A DNA stretch of 47,039 nucleotides from Candidatus Limnocylindria bacterium. GTDB taxonomy: Bacteria > Chloroflexota > Limnocylindria > QHBO01. The position numbers and the translations under genes are program-made. Below are positions 17,721 through 26,136 of this stretch, piece by piece. Where the stretch lies: positions 1-47,039 of the forward strand of contig JBKJVN010000109.1 of assembly GCA_046717345.1 (NCBI GenBank), given 5' to 3'. Numbering within the stretch: position 1 is the stretch's first letter; each line of letters opens with the position of its first letter. The notes below the pieces were generated by a model. That model was not told the origin of the DNA. It worked only from the letters and a program-made list of their open reading frames with translations, and made no database searches.

Positions 17721-17816
17721 CTAGCGGAAGATCAGGTACAGGACGATTCCCACGACCAACGTCAGCCCGATCGCGCCAACGACCAGGCGGCCTGCCCACC
17801 GGGAACGTTCGAGCAT
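17721..17816 (-). CDS. possible 31-aa single-TM micropeptide
   Basis: ATG lies 6 nt after GGGAG and translates as MLERSRWAGRLVVGAIGLTLVVGIVLYLIFR*. Support is composition and RBS only. Confidence 0.2.
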   Translation of the reverse strand: MLERSRWAGRLVVGAIGLTLVVGIVLYLIFR

Positions 17817-17935
17817 CGCCAACTCCCAATCGCGTAAAGGCGTGACTAGCCGGCCGGTAAGTGGCCTGGCCTAGGTTTGCCGGCGCGACCCGGCCGGGCG
17901 TTGTTGTACATCGCAACTCGAGGGGAGTCCATCCT

Positions 17936-18085
17936 GTGAACCGAGTCATCTCGTCCACGCGCCAACTCCGGCGGGCGCTGCCGCTCGTCATCGCGAGCGC
18001 GGCCATCCTGATCGTCATCCTCCCCATCCTGGCACTTACCGTGGCCGGTGGCCTCGGGGGAAGCATCGAGAGTGTGATCCGATGA
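17936..18085 (+). CDS. possible 49-aa single-TM protein, translationally coupled to the next ORF
   Basis: GTG lies 8 nt after GAGGGGAG and translates as VNRVISSTRQLRRALPLVIASAAILIVILPILALTVAGGLGGSIESVIR*. The stop overlaps the next ATG (ATGA). Confidence 0.35.
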   Translation: MNRVISSTRQLRRALPLVIASAAILIVILPILALTVAGGLGGSIESVIR

Positions 18086-18714
18086 AGCGCCTCATCCGGC
18101 TCCTGCTGCTGGCGTCACTGGCGTCATCCATCGTCATCGTGGGGCCCACCTACGCGGCCGAGGCCACGCAGGGCGCAGCGCGCCGTAGCAGCATGGACCG
18201 CGCAGCCTGCCGCGACCTGATCGACAGCGTCTTGAGGTCAGATACGCGAGACGACATCAAGCAGGCTGTCCGCAAAGCTCGGGACAGTGACTGCTGGACT
18301 GAGCTATCCAGCAGCTGGTCGCAGGTGAGCGCCGCTGGTGTCCGGGCGGTTGCCGCGGCGATCACCTGCGGGACATTTCAGGGCAACTTCGGTGTTGGCA
18401 TCGCCGGCATCCAGGTGGCCACCAGCCGGACACGGATCGGGGTCTGTTCGGACGGTTACCGATTCACGAGCATCCCGGAGCCGCCCTACTGCTACGTGAC
18501 GTCCATTCCCGCCTATTTCGGCGGCGCTCAGCCGCCAGACGGGTGGTGCGGCCAGTGGTATCACAACAGCGCCAGGACGGTCATGACCACCGGCAACAAC
18601 TTCTGGATCTCGACGTACGCGCTTTGGTGGTGGAAGCGCTTCGGCTGGATGCGCTTCGATCTCAAGGCGGGTCCGCTGTCGGCCTATTACCTTCGTGGGT
18701 TCTGCTGCCAATAG
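18082..18714 (+). CDS. orphan secreted protein, Cys/Trp-rich, no family recognised
   Basis: Sec-type signal peptide MKRLIRLLLLASLASSIVIVGPTYA/AE. It has 8 Cys and 9 Trp, with an aromatic C-terminus (YALWWWKRFGWMRF...GFCCQ). It is the only sizeable ORF here with non-shadow composition. Confidence 0.6.
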   Translation: MKRLIRLLLLASLASSIVIVGPTYAAEATQGAARRSSMDRAACRDLIDSVLRSDTRDDIKQAVRKARDSDCWTELSSSWSQVSAAGVRAVAAAITCGTFQGNFGVGIAGIQVATSRTRIGVCSDGYRFTSIPEPPYCYVTSIPAYFGGAQPPDGWCGQWYHNSARTVMTTGNNFWISTYALWWWKRFGWMRFDLKAGPLSAYYLRGFCCQ

Positions 18715-18761
18715 CCCGATGCCGCAACCACGTAGCCGCCGTTGTGAACGGTTGTTCGAGA

Positions 18762-18799
18762 AGAGGCCCCCTGGCCATCCGCCGGGGGCCTCTCTTTCG
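18762..18799. terminator. GC-rich hairpin between convergent genes (candidate bidirectional terminator)
   Basis: AGAGGCCCCC (18762..18771) pairs with GGGGGCCTCT (18784..18793) across a 12-nt loop. It is followed by CTTTCG on the plus strand and TCTTCTCG on the minus strand. Confidence 0.5.
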
Positions 18800-18856
18800 T
18801 GCTCAGATCAGCTCCGTGGCAGGCGGGAGAAGTCCTGGATCTAGATTCGGACCAGC
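18792..18856. repeat. direct repeat copy A (partner at 20946..21010)
   Basis: Gap-free alignment at a constant offset of 2154 nt. In the 55-nt core (18796..18850 versus 20950..21004) I count about 45 identities. Confidence 0.6.
18808..18843 (-). pseudogene. relic of the rseP 3' end (10 codons plus stop)
   Basis: The minus strand reads TAG-IQDFSRLPRS-TGA. The live rseP C-terminus is ...SIQDISRLPGS-TGA at 20962..20997. The stops are at the same offset and the first nucleotides after the stop are shared. Confidence 0.45.
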
Positions 18857-18978
18857 CGCGCTCCGGATGCGGGGTTGAGCGTGCACGGCGTCCACCAGCG
18901 TTCTTCTGTACTGCCTGAATCCGAGCGTTCGGTGGTAGCGGGTGGCACGCGCAGACCTCCGTGACGATACCCGCTCCG

Positions 18979-20844
18979 TCAGCGAGGACGATCGTCCCGC
19001 GCCAGGACCTGCTTGCGCATCCGAATCGCGTTGGGGGTCACCTCGACCAGCTCGTCCGCGGCGATGAACTCGATAGCCGACTCCAGGGTCATCGGCCGTG
19101 GAGGCGTCAGCCGCAGCGAGTCCTCGGGGCCGTGGGAACGGACATTGGAGAGCTTCTTCTCCTTGGTGGCGTTGACGTCCATGTCGCCGCTCCGGGCGTT
19201 CTCGCCCACGATCATCCCTTCATAGACCTCCTCCCCCGCGCCGATGAGGAGCTCCGAGCGCTCCTGGAGGTTGAACAGCGCGTAGGCGGTCGACGAGCCG
19301 GATCGGTCGGCCACCAGCACGCCGTTGGTGCGGCGGGTCACCTCTCCGGCCCACGGTCCGTAGCCCTCCCCAATCTGGTGCAGGAGCGCGGTTCCCCGCG
19401 TCTCGGTCAGCAGCTGTCCGCGATACCCGATCAGGCCGCGGGTCGGGATGATGTACTCGAGGCGGACGCGGGCGTCCGCGTCGGTGGTCATCTGCTCCAG
19501 GCGGGCCTGGCGGGCAGCCAGCGCGGTCTGCACCGCACCGATGTAGTCGGGCGGGATGTCGACGGTGATGCGCTCGTAAGGCTCCTCGGTCTCCCCCTCG
19601 ACCGTGCGGAGGATGACTTCCGGGCGGCTCACGGTCAGCTCGTAGCCCTCGCGCCGCATCTGCTCGATCAGGACTGCCAGCTGCAGCTCACCGCGGCCTC
19701 GGACCTCGAACACGTCCTCGGTGGCGGTCGGCGCGAATTCAATCGATACGTTGCCCAGCACCTCCTTCTCGAGGCGGGAACGGATGTGTCGCGTGGTCAG
19801 CAGCTTGCCGTCACGGCCTGCGAGCGGCGAGGTATTTACCCCGAAGGTCACGCGCAGCGTCGGGGCGTCCACGTCAAGCCGCGGGAGGGGCCGCGGGTCG
19901 GCCGGATCGGTCAGGGTGTCGCCGATGGTGACCTCTGGCAGACCCGCCACCGACACGATGTCGCCCGGTCCGGCGTGGGCGATGTCTACCTGGTCGATCC
20001 CGTGTGCCGTCTGGAGGGCGGTCACCGAGCCGGTGAGGATGACGGTCCGGCCGGGCTCGACCGCGCCGGTGGTATCGGCGGCTTCTTCGCGGACGACGGT
20101 GATCCGCTGGCCGGTTCGAATCGTCCCGTTGCGGATGCGGCCGACAGCCATCCGTCCGAGGTAGTCATTGGCCGATAGGTTGGTCACGAGCAGCTGGAGC
20201 GGATGCCCATCGGTGTAGATCGGTGGTGGGGTGACCTCGGTCAGCACGTCAAGGAGCGGCCGCAGGTCCGTCCCGGGTTGGGATAGATCACGCGTGGCCG
20301 TGCCAGCCTTGGCGTTGGTGTACACCACGGGGAACTCGATCTGGTGCTCATCGGCCCCCAGGTCGATGAATAGCTCGTACACGTCGTCGAGCACCTGCGT
20401 TGGCCGTGCATCGGCGCGGTCGATCTTGTTGAGGTCCACGATGACCGGAAGGTGGCGCTCCATCGCCTTGCGCAGCACGTAGCGGGTCTGGGGCAGCGGC
20501 CCCTCCGAGGCGTCGACGAGGAGCAGGACCGCGTCCACCATCAGGAGGGAACGCTCGACCTCGCCGCCAAAATCGGCATGGCCGGGGGTGTCCACGATGT
20601 TCAGGCGGACACCCTGGTAGTCGACGGTCGTCTGCTTGGCCATGATCGTGATCCCGCGCTCACGCTCGAGATCCATCGAATCCATGACCCGGTCGACCAG
20701 CGCCTGGTTGGCCCGGAACGTCCCCGTCTGACGCAGCATGGCATCGACCAGCGTCGTCTTGCCGTGGTCGACGTGGGCGATGATCGCGATATTGCGCAGG
20801 TCGCTGCGCACCGAGGTGGCCGGGAGCTCAGTGGTCAGGGGCAC
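18979..20844 (-). CDS. typA: translational GTPase TypA/BipA
   Basis: [36 protein letters not shown] and NKIDR, with EF-G-like domains. The start codon is uncertain because the GTG at 20844 has only a weak SD. Confidence 0.93.
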   Translation of the reverse strand: MPLTTELPATSVRSDLRNIAIIAHVDHGKTTLVDAMLRQTGTFRANQALVDRVMDSMDLERERGITIMAKQTTVDYQGVRLNIVDTPGHADFGGEVERSLLMVDAVLLLVDASEGPLPQTRYVLRKAMERHLPVIVDLNKIDRADARPTQVLDDVYELFIDLGADEHQIEFPVVYTNAKAGTATRDLSQPGTDLRPLLDVLTEVTPPPIYTDGHPLQLLVTNLSANDYLGRMAVGRIRNGTIRTGQRITVVREEAADTTGAVEPGRTVILTGSVTALQTAHGIDQVDIAHAGPGDIVSVAGLPEVTIGDTLTDPADPRPLPRLDVDAPTLRVTFGVNTSPLAGRDGKLLTTRHIRSRLEKEVLGNVSIEFAPTATEDVFEVRGRGELQLAVLIEQMRREGYELTVSRPEVILRTVEGETEEPYERITVDIPPDYIGAVQTALAARQARLEQMTTDADARVRLEYIIPTRGLIGYRGQLLTETRGTALLHQIGEGYGPWAGEVTRRTNGVLVADRSGSSTAYALFNLQERSELLIGAGEEVYEGMIVGENARSGDMDVNATKEKKLSNVRSHGPEDSLRLTPPRPMTLESAIEFIAADELVEVTPNAIRMRKQVLARDDRPR

Positions 20845-20945
20845 GCTCGAAGCCTACCCGGTCCCCGATTGATCCGATGAGCGACCTCCCGACCAGGCCC
20901 TGCGGCCCTAGGAGCGGCTCCCGACGCCCATCCTGCTACCTAGGC

Positions 20946-21010
20946 TCTTTTCGTGCTCGGGTCAGCTCCCCGGAAGTCGGGAGATGTCCTGGATCGAGAT
21001 CAGGATGACG
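20946..21010. repeat. direct repeat copy B (rseP 3' end plus first nucleotides after the stop)
   Basis: See copy A. Confidence 0.6.
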
Positions 21011-22086
21011 AGGGCGATGAGCACCACGAATCCGGTGAAATAGATCAGGGCCTCCCGTTCGGCGGACAGCCGGCGGCGGCGGACGGCCTCGATCAGGACG
21101 ATCATCACCCGCCCGCCATCCAGGGGCGGGAATGGCAATACGTTCAGGACGGCCAGGTTGACCGACAGCAGGCCGATGAAGAACAGCTGGCTGACCAACG
21201 GGGCGTCCAGAAGCCGCCCGGTCTGCTGGGCGATGCCGATCGGGCCTGCCACGTCGCCCGTCGACGGGGCGAGGCCGAGCATGCCGGCGATGGCACGCGC
21301 CAATCCACCCGGTATCTCGGCCGCCACGCGGCCCGCCGTGATCGTGCCCTGGGTGAGGGCATCGATCGGCCCATCGGCGGCTGGTGCGCCCATCCGGACT
21401 TCATCGGCCTCCCAGGCGAACCCGACCGCGCCCACTCCGGCACGTTGCTCCTCCTCGGTCAGCACGCGCGGTGTGACCTCGACCTCGATCAGCTCAGTGC
21501 CGCGCGCGATTTCGAGGGTGACCGGCTCCCCCGCCCGGCTGCGGACGTACGTGGTGAGGTCGGTGGAGAGCTCGAACGTTCGCCCGTCCGCGCGGGTGAT
21601 GACGTCGCCTTCCTCCAGCACCCCATCTCCGGGGCTGCCCTCCTGGACGCTGACCACGGTCAGCGGTCCGTGGTATTCGGGGGTCGGCTGGCTGAATGCC
21701 AGCGCGAACAGCAACGCTCCGGCCACGAAGTTCATCAGGACCCCGGCCAGGAGGACCGCCAGCCGGGTCGGGATCCGTTTCCGGCTCAGCGCGCCCTCCA
21801 TGACCTTCTCGATGGCCGCCTCGGACAGGCCGCGCTGCCGAAGCCGCTCAACCTCGATCTCGCCGTCCTCGCCGAGTAGACGAACGAAGCCGCCGAGTGG
21901 TATCCAGTTCACCGAGTAGCGGGTGCCGCGGAACACGACCGAGGCGATGCGAGGCGGAAACCCGACGCCGAACTCCTGGACCGCCACGCCGGCCCACTTG
22001 GCGACCGCGAAGTGGCCGACCTCGTGGACGAGGACCAGGACCACGATCAACGCCAGGAAGGCGACCAGTGTGGGAAGGACGTCCAC
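20962..22086 (-). CDS. rseP: RIP zinc metalloprotease RseP/RasP (M50, site-2 protease)
   Basis: HEVGHF zinc motif in the first TM, a central PDZ domain (VVSVQEGSPGDGVLEEGDVI) and a C-terminal LPFPPLDGG motif. The GTG start directly follows the dxr TAG stop. Confidence 0.9.
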   Translation of the reverse strand: MDVLPTLVAFLALIVVLVLVHEVGHFAVAKWAGVAVQEFGVGFPPRIASVVFRGTRYSVNWIPLGGFVRLLGEDGEIEVERLRQRGLSEAAIEKVMEGALSRKRIPTRLAVLLAGVLMNFVAGALLFALAFSQPTPEYHGPLTVVSVQEGSPGDGVLEEGDVITRADGRTFELSTDLTTYVRSRAGEPVTLEIARGTELIEVEVTPRVLTEEEQRAGVGAVGFAWEADEVRMGAPAADGPIDALTQGTITAGRVAAEIPGGLARAIAGMLGLAPSTGDVAGPIGIAQQTGRLLDAPLVSQLFFIGLLSVNLAVLNVLPFPPLDGGRVMIVLIEAVRRRRLSAEREALIYFTGFVVLIALVILISIQDISRLPGS

Positions 22087-23232
22087 CTATTGACCCGCCC
22101 CCAGGCCCAGCTCGCCACTCAACGTGCCGCGAACCTCGGCGTCCAGATCGACGATCTCCGCCATCGAGGGCTCGCCCGCGCTCCCCCACCGGTCGACCGC
22201 TCGCTCGAGCGTGGTTGCGATGGCCGGGAACGGGAGGGCGCCCGCCAGAAATGCCGCTACAGCCACCTCATCAGCCGCGTTCAGCACCGATCCGCGATTG
22301 CCTCCGGCTTCGGCCGCGGCCCGCACCGCGGCGTAGGCCGGGTAGCGGGACGGCTCCAGCGGCGCGAACACGAGAGGCTCCCACGCCTCGGGCGGTGCGC
22401 TGCGGGCCGGGCTCGGATGCCGATCCGGATACGACAGTGCGAACTGGATGGGCAGGCGCATGTCGGGCAGGCCGAGCTGGGCCTTGTAGGACCCGTCGAC
22501 GAACTCCACCAGGGAGTGCACGACGCTGCCGGGATGGAGCACGGCGGCGATTCTAGGGTACGGCAGGTCATACAGCCATCGGGCCTCGATGGCCTCGAAG
22601 GCCTTGTTGACCAGGGTGGCGGAGTCGATCGTGATCTTGGGCCCCATCTGCCAGGTCGGATGTGCCAGCGCCTCGGCGGGCGTGACGCTCGCAAGCTCGT
22701 CCGCCGGGCGGTCCCGAAACGGTCCGCCACTGGCGGTGAGGATGAGACGCGCCACGTCCGCGAGGCGTTCCCCGCGCAGGCACTGCCAGATGGCCGAGTG
22801 CTCGCTGTCAATCGGTCGCAACCATTCGAGCGGATCCTCCCGATCGGCGAGCAGCGGGCGAACCAGGTGACCACCAGTCACCAGTGTCTCCTTGTTCGCC
22901 AGCGCAACCCGGCGCCCGGCTTTCAGGGCTGCCAGCACGGCAGGAAGGGCGGTCATGCCGGTGGTGGCCACGACCACGATGTCCACGCCGTCGGCGGCCG
23001 CGAGCTGTTCGAGCCCACCATCCGCCCAGCGTTCTGCGGCCAGCTCCGTGGGACGGCCATCGGCCGACCAGACCAGCGCCTGCGGCCACTCCCGTATCTG
23101 GGCGTCAAACGCGGCATCAGCGTGGCCGGCCGCCACGGCGCGCAGCTCGTACCGATCCGGTGCCGCCCGGACCACCTCGATCGTCTGGCGCCCGATCGAC
23201 CCGGTCGAACCGAGCAGGGCGATGCCGGTCAC
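22087..23232 (-). CDS. dxr: 1-deoxy-D-xylulose 5-phosphate reductoisomerase
   Basis: ORF trimmed to GTG 23232 (GTGA overlap with the cdsA stop), giving VTGIALLGSTGSIGRQTIEVV. It also has LANKETLV, IDSEHSAI and HPTWQMGPKITIDSATL. Confidence 0.93.
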   Translation of the reverse strand: MTGIALLGSTGSIGRQTIEVVRAAPDRYELRAVAAGHADAAFDAQIREWPQALVWSADGRPTELAAERWADGGLEQLAAADGVDIVVVATTGMTALPAVLAALKAGRRVALANKETLVTGGHLVRPLLADREDPLEWLRPIDSEHSAIWQCLRGERLADVARLILTASGGPFRDRPADELASVTPAEALAHPTWQMGPKITIDSATLVNKAFEAIEARWLYDLPYPRIAAVLHPGSVVHSLVEFVDGSYKAQLGLPDMRLPIQFALSYPDRHPSPARSAPPEAWEPLVFAPLEPSRYPAYAAVRAAAEAGGNRGSVLNAADEVAVAAFLAGALPFPAIATTLERAVDRWGSAGEPSMAEIVDLDAEVRGTLSGELGLGAGQ

Positions 23233-24134
23233 GGCGCGATCCACATGCCTCCGAGCACCACGGCGAAAGCGAACAGAGTCGGCGCCGCAAACAGGAGCGA
23301 GTCCACCCGGTCGAGCATCCCGCCATGCCCCGGGAAGAGATGGCCGGAGTCCTTCCGGTCCGCGGCCCGCTTGAGGAGCGATTTGGCGAGGTCCCCGCCT
23401 TGGGCAATCGCGGCGGTGACGGCTCCAGTGAGCAGCCCGATGAGCACCGGCAGTCCGACCAGGAGCCACCCCAGGGCGGCCGTCACAAGTGCCGCCACCA
23501 CGACGCCACCTGCATAGCCCTCGACCGTCTTGCCCGGGCTGACGAGCGGATGGAGCTTCCGCCGGCCGATAGCGCGGCCGACGAAGTAGGCCCCCGTATC
23601 GCAGCTCCACACGAGGCCGAACAGAACGAAGAGCCACCCGGTCCCCGCTTCCCAGCCGAGCGCCCCGAGGGCGCTGTCGGGCGTCCCATCCACCGGCGCC
23701 AGGTGCCCGACGACGGCCAGCATCGGTCCGAGGAGGCCGAGCCAGGCCACGGCGAACACCGAGACCATCCACGCCTGGAGGCCGATCCGCGGGTCCGGAT
23801 TGCGCAATGCCGCGCCGGCGAGACCGATGACGGCGAAGACGAGGACCGCGAGAGTCAGACCGAAGGGCAGAACCTGCACGGACGCGCCCAGGAACAGCGA
23901 GGTCGCATCTGCCTGAAAACCGATGAGCGCGGACCCGGCGACTAGCAGACCCGCGGCGTAGGTGGCGGCGCGGGGCACCGCCCAGCCGGCCGCGTTCAGC
24001 AGGTCGACGGCCTCGCCGAGGGCCAGTGCCACGACCAGGAGAACGCCGAGGCTGAGCCACGGTTCGCGGAACCAGGCGATGGCCAGGACGATCGGGCCCA
24101 GGACGATGGCGGTCAGGACGCGGGTCCGAAGCAT
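23229..24134 (-). CDS. cdsA: phosphatidate cytidylyltransferase
   Basis: ORF trimmed to ATG 24134 (MLRTRVLTAIVLGPIVL...). It is polytopic and has the C-terminal CTP-transferase signature SLLKRAADRKDSGHLFPGHGGMLDRVDS. Confidence 0.9.
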   Translation of the reverse strand: MLRTRVLTAIVLGPIVLAIAWFREPWLSLGVLLVVALALGEAVDLLNAAGWAVPRAATYAAGLLVAGSALIGFQADATSLFLGASVQVLPFGLTLAVLVFAVIGLAGAALRNPDPRIGLQAWMVSVFAVAWLGLLGPMLAVVGHLAPVDGTPDSALGALGWEAGTGWLFVLFGLVWSCDTGAYFVGRAIGRRKLHPLVSPGKTVEGYAGGVVVAALVTAALGWLLVGLPVLIGLLTGAVTAAIAQGGDLAKSLLKRAADRKDSGHLFPGHGGMLDRVDSLLFAAPTLFAFAVVLGGMWIAP

Positions 24135-24138
24135 GCCG

Positions 24139-24792
24139 TCAGCCCCCGAACCGCCGATGACGCCCCGCGTACTCCTCCAACGCGGCGTCCAGGTCGGCCG
24201 GGGTGAAGTCGGGCCACAGACGATCCGACACCACCAGCTCGGCGTACGCGCCTTGCCACAGCAGGAAGTTGCTCGTCCGGTGCTCTCCCCCGGTTCGGAT
24301 GATGAGGTCCGGGTCCGGCTGTCCGGCGGTGTACAGCTGCGCGGCCAGCGCCGGCTCATCGATCTCGATGGCGGGCACACCGGCTGCGACGAGCGCCCGG
24401 ACGGCATCGATGATCTCCGACCGGCCCGAGTAGTTGAACGCGATGTTCAACCGCATTCGGGCGCCGCCCCGGGTGCGTTCCTCCGCGTCGCGGATGGAGC
24501 GCTGCACATCCGAAGGTGCCTCGTGCAGCCGGCCGATGACCTGGACCGATACCCCCTCCTCGATGAGCTCATCGGTGTGCTGTCGCACCGCGCTATCAAC
24601 CAGGGAGAACAGTCCGTTGACCTCCGCCTCGGTGCGGGTCCAGTTCTCGCGGCTGAACACGTACAAGCTCAGGACCTCGATCCCGCGATCGGGAGCGTGC
24701 TTGACGACCGGTCGAATCGCTTCCACGCCCTGGACATGACCGGCGATGCCGGGCATGCCACGCGCCGCCGCCCAGCGGCGGTTGCCGTCCAT
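24139..24792 (-). CDS. uppS: isoprenyl transferase (undecaprenyl-diphosphate synthase); true start probably upstream at about 24831
   Basis: MDGNRRWA...FSRENW...DLIIRTGGEHRTSNFLLWQ. The conserved PRHVAII strand lies in frame just upstream of the first ATG, without a canonical start (see findings). Confidence 0.9.
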   Translation of the reverse strand: MDGNRRWAAARGMPGIAGHVQGVEAIRPVVKHAPDRGIEVLSLYVFSRENWTRTEAEVNGLFSLVDSAVRQHTDELIEEGVSVQVIGRLHEAPSDVQRSIRDAEERTRGGARMRLNIAFNYSGRSEIIDAVRALVAAGVPAIEIDEPALAAQLYTAGQPDPDLIIRTGGEHRTSNFLLWQGAYAELVVSDRLWPDFTPADLDAALEEYAGRHRRFGG

Positions 24793-24835
24793 GATGATCG
24801 CGACGTGACGCGGGCCCTCGGATTCCGACAGGCGG

Positions 24836-25393
24836 TCAGACCTCCATGATCTCCGTTTCTTTGCGTTCGCCGCGGGCCTCCGCCATCTCGACGAAACCGT
24901 CGGTGAGCCGCTGGAGACTCTCGAGCTCGCGGCGCTCCTCGTCCTCGCCCAGGCTTCCCTCCCGGAGGGCCTGCTTCAGCTCGTCCGCTGCCTCGCGGCG
25001 AAAGTTCCGGATCTCGACCCGGGCCTCTTCCAGACGGCGACGAACCTGTCGCACCAGCTCGTGGCGCCGCTCTTCGGACAGCGGTGGCACATGCAGCCGC
25101 ACGACGGTCCCATCGACGTTCGGCACCAGGCCGATATCGCTGCGCGTGATGGCCTTCTCGATGGCGGGCAACGCCCCCCGGTCCCAGGGTTGGATGACGA
25201 TGAGATGAGCGTCGGGCGTCGAGATGCCGGCCAGCTGGTTGAGCGGCGTCGACGTTCCGTAGTAATCGACCGCGATGCGCTCGACCAGGGCCGTCGAGGC
25301 CCGGCCGGTCCGGATGCCGGCAAAGTCGCGCTCCATGGCCTCCACCGCGCGCTGCATCTTGGGCTCGATCGTGCGCAACGCCTCGTGGCTCAC
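24836..25393 (-). CDS. frr: ribosome recycling factor
   Basis: 185 aa with [36 protein letters not shown]. The GTG start forms a GTGA overlap with the pyrH stop. Confidence 0.95.
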   Translation of the reverse strand: MSHEALRTIEPKMQRAVEAMERDFAGIRTGRASTALVERIAVDYYGTSTPLNQLAGISTPDAHLIVIQPWDRGALPAIEKAITRSDIGLVPNVDGTVVRLHVPPLSEERRHELVRQVRRRLEEARVEIRNFRREAADELKQALREGSLGEDEERRELESLQRLTDGFVEMAEARGERKETEIMEV

Positions 25394-26136
25394 GCCGGCA
25401 CCTCCTCGCTGATCAGGGTCCCGATCGCCTCGCCGCGCAGGGCGCGCAGGATGTTGCCGTCCACGGTCATGTTGAACACGACGATCGGCATCCGATTGTC
25501 CATGGCCAGGCTGACCGCGGTGGCGTCTAGGGCCTGGAGTCGATGGGCCAACACCTCGGTGTAGCCGATCTGCGTGTAGCGCCGAGCGTCTGGCTCGCGC
25601 TCCGGATCGGCGTCATAGACGCCATCCACGCGGGTGGCCTTCAGAATGACCTGTGCCCCGATCTCCACCGCGCGAAGGGTCGCCGCCGTATCGGTCGTGA
25701 AATATGGGTTGCCGGTACCGGCGACCAGGATCACGACCCGGCGCTTCTCCAGGTGCCGGATCGCCCGCCGCCGGATATACGGCTCGCAGATCTCGTTCAT
25801 GGCGATGGCGCTCATGACCCGGGTTGGCGCCCCGGCCTGCTCCAGTGCGTCCTGCAGGGCCAGCCCGTTCATCACGGTCGCCAGCATGCCCATGTAGTCG
25901 GCGGTCGACCGATCCATGCCCGCCGAAGCCGCCGCCAGGCCGCGGAAGATGTTGCCGCCGCCGACCACGATCGCGACCTGGATCCCGTCGGTGTGGGCCT
26001 CAGCGGCCTCCCCCGCGATCCGGCGCGCGACCTCGGGGTCGATCCCGTACCGGCGCTCCCCCATGAGCGCTTCACCCGACAGTTTGAGCAGGGCCCGTCG
26101 GGGCCCGTCCGCGCCAGCCGCCGGCTGCGGGCTCAT
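25390..26136 (-). CDS. pyrH: UMP kinase
   Basis: ORF trimmed to ATG 26136 (ATGA overlap with the tsf stop). It has [21 protein letters not shown] and [14 protein letters not shown]. Confidence 0.95.
   Translation of the reverse strand: MSPQPAAGADGPRRALLKLSGEALMGERRYGIDPEVARRIAGEAAEAHTDGIQVAIVVGGGNIFRGLAAASAGMDRSTADYMGMLATVMNGLALQDALEQAGAPTRVMSAIAMNEICEPYIRRRAIRHLEKRRVVILVAGTGNPYFTTDTAATLRAVEIGAQVILKATRVDGVYDADPEREPDARRYTQIGYTEVLAHRLQALDATAVSLAMDNRMPIVVFNMTVDGNILRALRGEAIGTLISEEVPA

Noticed and set aside
17674-18066. The 130-aa minus-strand ORF upstream of nusA as a candidate RimP.
   Set aside because: The sequence (MLPPRPPATVSARMGRMT...RGRWYTR) is Arg/Pro/Gly-rich shadow-type and shows no resemblance to RimP. 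It also spans the predicted promoter region and the divergent small ORFs.
18304-18711. The minus-strand 135-aa ORF overlapping the orphan secreted-protein gene.
   Set aside because: It has shadow composition (Arg/Pro/Gly/Ala-rich) and no SD. The plus-strand ORF has a clean signal peptide, an SD-coupled start and balanced composition.
18857-20945. Whether the repeat-flanked typA segment is an active mobile element or genomic island.
   Set aside because: The 2.1-kb interval encodes only typA. There is no integrase, transposase, inverted repeat or tRNA target. The repeats are about 80 percent identical rather than exact. It is better interpreted as an old rearrangement scar.
22087-24060. Over-long N-terminal extensions in the ORF track. 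Examples: dxr 657 aa, murC 614 aa, pyrH 351 aa, smc 1218 aa, yceD 379 aa, rbfA 191 aa, ribF 354 aa, cdsA 392 aa, rpsP 251 aa, ffh 502 aa, rnhB 300 aa and the LysM gene 427 aa.
   Set aside because: The extensions overlap the upstream gene in another frame and are Arg/Pro/Gly-rich. In each case the conserved protein N-terminus begins at an internal ATG, GTG or TTG that forms a 4-nt overlap with the upstream stop or follows a GGAGG. The starts were trimmed accordingly.
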